64,000 nucleotides of DNA from Alphaproteobacteria bacterium (GTDB lineage Bacteria > Pseudomonadota > Alphaproteobacteria > JAAXGF01), in assembly GCA_963555825.3 (NCBI GenBank), contig CAUVXB020000002.1, forward strand, positions 544,001-608,000. Direction: 5' to 3'. This document shows positions 56,573-64,000 of the stretch, piece after piece (within the stretch, counting starts at the first letter, position 1; the number at the start of each line of letters is the position of its first letter). Under the pieces are notes generated by a model, which searched no databases, was not told the origin of the DNA, and saw nothing but the letters and a program-made list of their open reading frames with translations. The translations under genes were made by a program, and so were the position numbers.

Positions 56573-58144
56573 ATGTCTTCGACACCCAACCGCCGGCCCC
56601 TGCTGGGGACCACAGCACTGGCCGGCTTCGACGCAAGCATTTTCGCGTTCATTGACGATCTTCGTCGTCGCGGCGAGATTGCTGAAGGTCAGTTCCCCAA
56701 GTACCGGTATGCCGCCCGTCACTTCCTGATCTGGCTTGAGCTCACCGGTATCGCGCTCAAAACAGTCGACGCCACAGTCATCGACCGCTTTCTGCGGCAC
56801 GATTGCCGTTGTGCCGCATCGTCCGCACCTGTCCGGCCTCGCCGCTGGCGCAAGGGCCGCACGTCGCCCAAACTCATGACGTTCATCCGCTTCCTTGAGC
56901 GGACGGGGCGGATCGAGACGCCGGGTGAGCTGGACGACAATTTCCAGTTGCTGGACGCGTTCCTCGCGGGCTTGCGCCGCGGTAGATATGCGACCGCAAC
57001 CATCAAACTGTACCGTTACGGCTGCGCCGGTCTCATTGTCTGGCTCCACCTCTCACGGATCCGCCTGCGCGATCTGACACCGGATATTTATGCACGCTTC
57101 CGGAACAGGCAGTTCGTCTGCTCAATCCCCGGGATGTTCTGCGGCCACGAAACGCAGTCACCCGGAACCGCTTACCGAACCGAAGTCCGCGGCTTCCTGA
57201 AGCATCTCGTCGCAATCGGGCGGATTGAACCCCTGGAGCCGTTCCCGGGCGAGAAGGCGCCGTCCGCTCGCCTTGAGAGGTACGCCGTGTGGCTTGAACG
57301 CCATCGCGGCATCTGCCCGGGGACTATACGCCAGCATGTCCGTTTGATCGCAGAGATGCTGCCTCACCTTGGAGATGATCCCGGGGGTTATGGCGCGGCA
57401 CTGATCCGGCGAGTGCTGTTCGAGCATATGGAGCCCTGGTCGCGAAGCTACGCCCAGAGGCTGACAACCGTGATGCGCATGTACCTTCGGTTCCTGGTAT
57501 CGGAAGGCAGCATCGCGGCAGCGCTGGTCGGGGCCGTGCCGACGGTGCCTCAGTGGCGGTTGTCAACCTTGCCACGGTACATCCCGGCCGACGATGTCGC
57601 GCGCACCATCGCCTCCTGCGGTGATGACCCTATGGGCGTACGCGACCGGGCGATCCTGCTGCTTCTGGCACGACTTGCACTGCGGGCAGGGGACATCGTT
57701 GCCCTGCGCCTCGGCGATATCGACTGGGACAGGGCCGAGATCCGTGTCTCGGGAAAGTCACGACGGCAGACGGCTCTGCCGCTGCCCCAGGATGCCGGCG
57801 ACGCGCTCCATGCCTATATCGCGACGGTGCGGCCAAGGGTGGATGAGGAGAAGGTGTTCCTCTGCGTCAACGCACCCTGTCGACCGTTCACCGACTCAAG
57901 CACCGTCAGTGCTGTGGCGGAACGCGCACTCGACCGCGTCGGGGTCAAGACCTTCGCCGGTCGCGGTGCGCATGCGTTCCGCCACTCCCAGGCGACAGCG
58001 TTGCTCAGGTCGGGAGCAACGCTCGATGTCATCCAATCGCTGCTCCGGCACGCCTCCCCCGACACCACCATGATCTACGCCAAGACCGATGCGGTCATGT
58101 TGCAGGAGATCGCCCAGCCCTGGATCGGAGGGATCGAGGCATGA
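56573..58144 (+). CDS. ritA: Tyrosine recombinase RitA (extended N-terminus)
   Basis: LALRAGD, GKS, HAFRHS, LRH and IYAK motifs. Confidence 0.9.
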   Translation: MSSTPNRRPLLGTTALAGFDASIFAFIDDLRRRGEIAEGQFPKYRYAARHFLIWLELTGIALKTVDATVIDRFLRHDCRCAASSAPVRPRRWRKGRTSPKLMTFIRFLERTGRIETPGELDDNFQLLDAFLAGLRRGRYATATIKLYRYGCAGLIVWLHLSRIRLRDLTPDIYARFRNRQFVCSIPGMFCGHETQSPGTAYRTEVRGFLKHLVAIGRIEPLEPFPGEKAPSARLERYAVWLERHRGICPGTIRQHVRLIAEMLPHLGDDPGGYGAALIRRVLFEHMEPWSRSYAQRLTTVMRMYLRFLVSEGSIAAALVGAVPTVPQWRLSTLPRYIPADDVARTIASCGDDPMGVRDRAILLLLARLALRAGDIVALRLGDIDWDRAEIRVSGKSRRQTALPLPQDAGDALHAYIATVRPRVDEEKVFLCVNAPCRPFTDSSTVSAVAERALDRVGVKTFAGRGAHAFRHSQATALLRSGATLDVIQSLLRHASPDTTMIYAKTDAVMLQEIAQPWIGGIEA

Positions 58145-59079
58145 CGGAGAAAGCCACCATCACAGAGCATATCGAGCGCTTTGTCGCGATGAAGCAAAGG
58201 GTCGGTTACCGGTTCACGCGGAGCGGGACGACACTGCGGAGCTTTGCGCGGTTCGCCGAGGGCCGTGACGAAACATTCATCCGTTACGAGACAGCCCTCG
58301 AATGGGCATCGGCATCGGCGGCGGCGTCACGAAACGAGCGAGTGAGCAAGCTGCGAGCGGTCCATGCCATGGCCTGCTGGCTGCATGCCGAGGACCCACG
58401 TCACGAGGTGCCGCCCCGTGATGCTCTAGGTCATCTGTCCAAAAGGAGACCGCAGCCGTACCTGGTATCGGTCCCGGACATCCAGAAACTGCTGACAGCG
58501 GCACTGTCCATGCGGCCCGTCGGCACCATCGCCCCGCTGACCTGGCACCACCTGTTCGGTCTCATCGCCGCAACCGGCCTGCGCATCGGCGAAGCCCTCG
58601 CATTGACGCTGGACGACATCACGCCTGACGGCCTCGTCATCCGAGACACGAAGTTCGGCAAGACGAGGATGGTCGCGCTGCACCCGACCACCTGGGATGC
58701 GCTGAACCGCTATCTGGATGCACGACTCAAGGAGAAAACTCCAGACCGGCATCTGTTCGTGATCGCCACCGGCCGGTGCCCACATAGACAGTATGCGGAT
58801 CACGTCTTCCGCAAAATCGCGGAGCAAGCGGGAATCCGGGAACCCGACGCGGCACGAGGACCGACCCCGCACTCGCTACGGCATTCTTTCGCCGTCCGGT
58901 CACTTGAGAACCTGGCTCCCGGCGTCAACCCGGACCGTCACATATTGGCCCTCGCCACCTACCTCGGCCATGTCGGGGTCTCGAGCACCTATTGGTATCT
59001 GGAATCGACCCCGGTCCTGCTGCGCGGCATCGCCGAGGCCGCGCAGCAGGCTCACGCGAATGGAGGGTCCGATGACTGA
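58141..59079 (+). CDS. ritB: Tyrosine recombinase RitB
   Basis: TGLRIGE, TKFGK, HSLRHSFA and YLGH...TYWYL motifs. Confidence 0.9.
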   Translation: MTEKATITEHIERFVAMKQRVGYRFTRSGTTLRSFARFAEGRDETFIRYETALEWASASAAASRNERVSKLRAVHAMACWLHAEDPRHEVPPRDALGHLSKRRPQPYLVSVPDIQKLLTAALSMRPVGTIAPLTWHHLFGLIAATGLRIGEALALTLDDITPDGLVIRDTKFGKTRMVALHPTTWDALNRYLDARLKEKTPDRHLFVIATGRCPHRQYADHVFRKIAEQAGIREPDAARGPTPHSLRHSFAVRSLENLAPGVNPDRHILALATYLGHVGVSSTYWYLESTPVLLRGIAEAAQQAHANGGSDD

Positions 59080-60064
59080 TCTTGCCCCCCATCTCACCGC
59101 CTTCCTGCAGGAGCACCTGCCCAACGAGCGGCGCTTCAGCCGACACACCGTGCAGAGCTATACCGAGTGCTTCCGGCTGCTCGTCCTCTACGCGGCGGAG
59201 CAAATCAAAGTCCGCCCCTGTGCTTTGAAAATCGAGCACTTCACGGTGGCGCTCCTGCTGGCCTTCCTCGAATCCCTGGAGAAGGTTCGCAACAACAGCA
59301 TCGGCACGCGCAATATCCGCCTCGCCGCCATCAAGTCCTTCTTCCGGTACGTGGAATACCGTGTCCCGAGCTGCCTCGACCACGCATTGCAGGTGCGCGC
59401 CATCCCGCAGAAGCGCGCCGACAAGCCCCTGATCGACTGGCTCGACCGGACCGAGATGCAGGCGATCCTGGATGCTCCGGATACCGCAACGGTGGCAGGC
59501 TTGCGCGACCGCGCGATGCTGCACCTGTGCTACGCCGCCGGGCTGCGGGTGTCGGAACTGACCGGACTCACCCTCGACAGCCTGTCGGGTTCCCAGCTTG
59601 AGACTATCCGCGTCCTGGGCAAGGGGCGGCGCGAGCGCGAACTGCCGCTGTGGAGGGAAACGAAAACCGTCCTCAATGAGTGGCTCGACGTCCGGCCGGC
59701 CGTCAACAACCGCTACCTGTTCCTCAACGCACGGGGGCGGGCAATGAGCACGGACGGCTTCGCATACATCCTCAAGCAGCATGTCGCCACGGCGGCCCAG
59801 AAGGTCCCGTCGATCGACACCAAGCGGGTGACCCCGCATGTGCTCCGTCACTCGACGGCAATGACGATCCTGCATGCCACCGACGATATACGGAAGGTCT
59901 CGTTGTGGCTCGGGCATGCGGACATCAAGATCACCGAAACGTATGTCCGCGCGAGCCCGGCCGAGAAACTGGCAATCCTTGAGATCAACACACCGCCTTC
60001 CATCCGGTCGGGGAACTTCCCGGGTCTGAAGGACAGCCTGATGAGGGTTCTCGGCGGGAACTGA
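59072..60064 (+). CDS. ritC: Tyrosine recombinase RitC
   Basis: GLRVSE, GKGRRER, HVLRHS and WLGH...ETY motifs. Confidence 0.9.
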   Translation: MTDLAPHLTAFLQEHLPNERRFSRHTVQSYTECFRLLVLYAAEQIKVRPCALKIEHFTVALLLAFLESLEKVRNNSIGTRNIRLAAIKSFFRYVEYRVPSCLDHALQVRAIPQKRADKPLIDWLDRTEMQAILDAPDTATVAGLRDRAMLHLCYAAGLRVSELTGLTLDSLSGSQLETIRVLGKGRRERELPLWRETKTVLNEWLDVRPAVNNRYLFLNARGRAMSTDGFAYILKQHVATAAQKVPSIDTKRVTPHVLRHSTAMTILHATDDIRKVSLWLGHADIKITETYVRASPAEKLAILEINTPPSIRSGNFPGLKDSLMRVLGGN

Positions 60065-60514
60065 CTGCCAGAATTAATGCCGAGCGAATCGGCGGGAAAT
60101 CGGCGCGGACAAGCCGTTCCCCGCACGTCACTCGGCATTAGCAACTACTCGGCATTATGCTCGCCGCCGCGTAGCGACACCATTCAGGGTCGGCCCCCGC
60201 CATCACACGGCGGAGGTCGGCCCCCTTTTTATGCCGGGTGCATAAAGTCACGGCCCAAGGCGGGGCGCTTCGCGCCGCCGCCAACTGTGCGAGCTTACGC
60301 TCGCTGGCGGCTCGCCGTTCTTCGAACGATGCATCGCCGCCTCACGGCACGGCGCTTCGCGCCATTGCCGTACGCGGGCGCTGACGCGCCACGCCATATC
60401 CGAAAACCTCCCCCCGCAGATTCGGTGTTCATACCCCGAGAACCGCCACGACGGACCGCCGTTCATTGAACGCCGCTTCCTTGCTTTACGAACCCGCATG
60501 CGCCGTCGTTCGGC

Positions 60515-60816
60515 TCAGAACGGATCGCTGCCTTCTTCGGACACCATGGCCCTGGCAACCTCGGCAACCTTCCTTCCCGGCAATACGCCCTTGTCCAGAA
60601 ACGTCCGCAGACTGCGCTCCGTGATATCGATGCTTCCAGCGTTCAACACCTCTTGCATCTGAGCCACCGTCACTCCCTTGGCCTGTTGTTCGACCAATCG
60701 CTTCCGCAAACGGTCCAGCACATCCGTCAGGCTCAGCTTAGGCGGCACAAGTTTGCCAACACCCCGTCTATGGCACCGAAGTCGATATCCGCTTCGTTGA
60801 AGCGTTTCGCAGACAT
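60515..60816 (-). pseudogene. Paralog of 55801-56103, frameshifted by a 1-bp deletion at ~60755
   Basis: MSAKRFNEADIDF start; TTGGCAAACTT versus TTGGCGAAACTT in the left arm. Confidence 0.7.
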
Positions 60817-60989
60817 ATTCCGTCTCTCTCGCCATTTCAGGATTCGTAATCAGGCCCAGATGCATTCGTCGGCTATCCGATCACCGTTCTGAGGAATAAG
60901 AGCCTTGGCAATCCGAAACACCGGCCATGATGGTCCGTGCGCTTGCCTAACCTCCCCCGAATGCAACAGCGCGAAAATCCTGTGTTTGC

Positions 60990-61108
60990 CAAACCTGCGC
61001 GCCGTCCCTGCGGCGTGTCAAAAAATCCCTTGCAACGTCGAACGATATGCGTATGCTCGGTCGCGAACGAGAGCGAAATGGCGTTTGTTACTTCTCACAC
61101 CTCTGCAC
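60990..61108. other. Candidate oriT (right arm)
   Basis: Inverted copy of 55410-55530. Confidence 0.4.
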
Positions 61109-61303
61109 CCTTAGGTGCTTTGATCTCGATAAATGTAATGAACTTTGCCCTGATTTGTAAAGATCGCACGGCCATTTCGTTAAACCTCTGTAAAATACAG
61201 GAATTCCCAAGGCTGGAATCATGAGAGCTACGACAGTCATATTCCGGCTGTACTCCGGCCAGGTTGTATCCCTATCCGGCAACGTCGTTACCGGGCTGGC
61301 GTC

Positions 61304-64000
61304 ATGGTAGCCACTCTGGCCCAGGCCGCATCGGCTGCGTATTACCTGGAGAGCCAGCGCTCCTTTCGTCATCCCAATGAGTACTACACAGCGGGTGAAG
61401 AACCGGATGGCGTCTGGTTCAATCCGAAGGGCCTGTTCGGTCTTGCCGACGACGGCAAGGTCGACAGCAGCGACTTCCACCGGCTGTATAACGGCTTCGC
61501 ACCGAACACCGGAGGCAAGCTCACACAAAACGCGGGCAGCGAGCGGCGCTCGGCGGGTCTCGACATGACCTTCAGCGCGGACAAGAGCGTCTCGGCTTTA
61601 TGGGCGGTCGCCGATCCGGAACTGCGTTCGGAGATCGAGCGGGCGCATAACGATGCGGCTCGGGTAGCGCTGGAGGAGACGGTGCTACGTCATTGCGGGT
61701 ATACCCGCGTCCGTAACCGGGACGGCGGGATCGAGGTGCTTCCCGCCGATATATCCGCCGCGATGTTCCAACATGGAACCAGCCGGGACAACGACCCGCA
61801 ACTGCATACCCACTGCGTGATCTTTAATGCCGCCCGGACCCACCGGGACGGCAAGTACCGGGCGCTGCATCAACACCCGGTCTATACCTGGATGAAGGCG
61901 GCGGGAGCGGTCTACCGCAATGCGTTAGCCTGGAGCCTGCGAGACCGTCTCGGCGTCCGCATGGAACAGTATGGCAGGGATGGAGAGTTCACGCGTATCG
62001 CAGGCATGCCCGAGGACCTGATCGGTCACTGGTCGAAGCGCCGGGCGGCGATTATCGAAGCGGCCCGGGAGATGGGCTTTACGGTCGAGGGCAACGCGCC
62101 GCGGGCAGCGGCGGCGAACAAGATCACACGCGCAGGAAAATCGCCCGACAATGACCCGGAGATCCGGCACGGGCGCTGGCGCGGCGAAGCGGAAGGGTAT
62201 GTCGAACGCGAGGCACTGATCGCCTCGCTTCTTGGGAAGGCGGAAGAGATTACCCAAGAGCATATCCGGGCTCTAACAGAGGTGCTGGAAGACCTGCCGT
62301 ACCGTCTTACCCGCGAGGAAGCGGTATTCCGCCTGCCGGATATCGTGGAGCGCGTGGGCAATGCTACCGCAGGGCTGTTGAACCATGAGGCGGTCGCGAC
62401 AAGCATAGAGCGTGTTCTTCTGAGCCCTGAGGTCGTGCGCCTGACCCGCGCGCCACGGTCGGCCGAGGGCCGGGCCGACATGGCGCACACCAGGCTCTAT
62501 TCAACCCGTCACAACCTCCAAATGGAGCTTGAAGTCCGTGACATGGCGGCCGGAATGGCCGCAGATACGGGACATTCCTTGTCCGCCCAGGCAATCGAGA
62601 ACAAGGTGACGGGGCTTCTGGCGGCGGGTTATCCGTTGAGCGAAGAACAGATCCAGGCGATTCGGGCCGTCACGTCTTCGAGCGGGCGTGTAGCCATCAT
62701 CGAGGGAGCGGCGGGTTCGGGAAAGACCACAACGCTGCGGCCCATCGCCGATCTATACCGCGAACACGGACAGAGCATCATCGCCACGGCCGTGGCTTGG
62801 CGCACCGCCGTGGCGCTGGGTAACGATGTCGATGCGCGGCCGTTCTGCGTCGACAAGCTGCTGCGCCTTGCCGCGCGGGGCGGTATCGAGATCGATGGAG
62901 ACACCACCATCATCGTCGACGAGGCGGGGATGCTGTCGACCCGTCAGGCGCATCATATTCTCCAACTCTCAGAACGCCATGGGGCGAAGATCGTCTTCGC
63001 AGGCGACACGCAGCAGCAGCAACCGGTGGAAGCGGGACCGGGGTTGAGGTTGGTGCGCGACGCTGTGGGCAGCGTTAGGGTTGACAGAATCCGCCGCCAG
63101 AAGGCCGACCTGGAAGATATTCTGGTCCATGTCCATGGGGAGAATCCGGAGGCTGCGCGGCTCCGTACGGGGATGATGGGGGAGCAGGAACGCACCCGCA
63201 TTGTTGCTGAATACGAGGCGATGGAGGATAAGCCTGCATTCACACCGTGGCAGGTGGCGGCATCGGAAGCGCTGCGCGATGGCGACGCGGCATCGGCCAT
63301 AGCGGCTCACCACGCAAGGGGCCGGTTTCATATCGGGTACGACGAAGAAAAGACGCTGACCGGTCTGGTCGATGACTGGGACCGCTACCAGCGGGAACAT
63401 CCCGACAAATCCAGCGTGGTGCTGGCGCGCACACGAGCCGAAGTGCGGGCGCTGTCGTACCTGATGCGGGAGCGTCGTTTCGCCGCCCTGCCGGATGGGG
63501 AACGGCCCGATACGGACCGGGTGACGGTGATCGTAAGCCGGGGGACGGAAGACGAGCGAACAACCTCTCCACTGGAGATCGCGCGCGGCGACCGGTTGCG
63601 CATCGGCGCCACCCACTGGGAGAAGCAACTGTTCAACGGCACCGTGGTCACGGTTGACGACTTCAAGGTTGAGAGGGGCGAGGCCGGTACGGAGCCAAGT
63701 GTCCTGATATCGGCGCGCACCGAGGACGGACGAGAGGTCATTTTCCGTCACGATGAGATCCGCGACTGGTTCGGCAATATCCGCCTCGATCACGGCTATG
63801 CCCTCACTATTACCTCCGCCCAGGGGTTGACCGTGGACAGGACGTTCCTGCTGGCCGATGCACGGCCGGCACGTGAGACGATCTATCCCGCCGCGACACG
63901 CCATCGCGAGGGGCTCGACATCTACGTCAACCGGGCGCCGCTCGTTCTCGATATCGCCGACAGGCGAGCGGACAACGACCGGGAAATTGCGGTGACGGAC
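61304..64000 (+). CDS. mobF: MOBF relaxase-helicase, right arm, apparently open to the window edge
   Basis: MVATLAQAASAAYY start; DMTFSADKSVS, HGTSRDNDPQLHTH and GAAGSGKTT motifs. Missing from the ORF track because there is no stop before 64000. Confidence 0.88.
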   Translation, partial: MVATLAQAASAAYYLESQRSFRHPNEYYTAGEEPDGVWFNPKGLFGLADDGKVDSSDFHRLYNGFAPNTGGKLTQNAGSERRSAGLDMTFSADKSVSALWAVADPELRSEIERAHNDAARVALEETVLRHCGYTRVRNRDGGIEVLPADISAAMFQHGTSRDNDPQLHTHCVIFNAARTHRDGKYRALHQHPVYTWMKAAGAVYRNALAWSLRDRLGVRMEQYGRDGEFTRIAGMPEDLIGHWSKRRAAIIEAAREMGFTVEGNAPRAAAANKITRAGKSPDNDPEIRHGRWRGEAEGYVEREALIASLLGKAEEITQEHIRALTEVLEDLPYRLTREEAVFRLPDIVERVGNATAGLLNHEAVATSIERVLLSPEVVRLTRAPRSAEGRADMAHTRLYSTRHNLQMELEVRDMAAGMAADTGHSLSAQAIENKVTGLLAAGYPLSEEQIQAIRAVTSSSGRVAIIEGAAGSGKTTTLRPIADLYREHGQSIIATAVAWRTAVALGNDVDARPFCVDKLLRLAARGGIEIDGDTTIIVDEAGMLSTRQAHHILQLSERHGAKIVFAGDTQQQQPVEAGPGLRLVRDAVGSVRVDRIRRQKADLEDILVHVHGENPEAARLRTGMMGEQERTRIVAEYEAMEDKPAFTPWQVAASEALRDGDAASAIAAHHARGRFHIGYDEEKTLTGLVDDWDRYQREHPDKSSVVLARTRAEVRALSYLMRERRFAALPDGERPDTDRVTVIVSRGTEDERTTSPLEIARGDRLRIGATHWEKQLFNGTVVTVDDFKVERGEAGTEPSVLISARTEDGREVIFRHDEIRDWFGNIRLDHGYALTITSAQGLTVDRTFLLADARPARETIYPAATRHREGLDIYVNRAPLVLDIADRRADNDREIAVTD

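Larger units (their letters stand above)
56426..60157 (+). mobile_element. RIT (recombinase-in-trio) element
   Basis: Three overlapping tyrosine recombinase genes; TAATGCCGAG sites at 56426, 56443, 56499(rc), 60075, 60131(rc) and 60148(rc). Confidence 0.88.
50946..64000. repeat. Large diverged inverted duplication centred on the RIT
   Basis: 60058-64000 is the reverse complement of ~52518-56525, with many substitutions and several indels. Confidence 0.92.

Overview
High-GC DNA, probably from an alphaproteobacterium; the Calx-beta/autotransporter-type gene hints at a host-associated (possibly sponge-symbiont) lineage, which is inference only. There are three zones. (1) 1-24.2 kb is mostly intact metabolism. 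It holds an IS630 at the left edge, a fused double (CydDC-like) ABC exporter, a RutR-controlled pyrimidine/ureide utilisation operon, an SDR, a Ser/Thr dehydratase, a BKACE, an OYE-type flavoenzyme, an M20 hydrolase and DUF2145. Three palindromic MITE-like elements sit in intergenic gaps. (2) 24.2-50.9 kb is a nested IS graveyard: IS21 x3, IS256 x2, IS630, IS1182-like, IS1595, IS110/IS1111 x3, IS1380, IS3 and a MITE. These have fragmented VOC, enolase-superfamily, chrA and autotransporter genes. The zone also carries HU and a split FseA-like (DUF6499-DUF2285) activator. (3) 50.9-64 kb is the most unusual structure. A RIT tyrosine-recombinase trio sits at the centre of a >13 kb diverged inverted duplication whose two arms each carry a small gene, a candidate oriT and a MOBF relaxase-helicase. 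The arms show reciprocal frameshifts. All family calls are from motif recognition by eye; no database searches were run.
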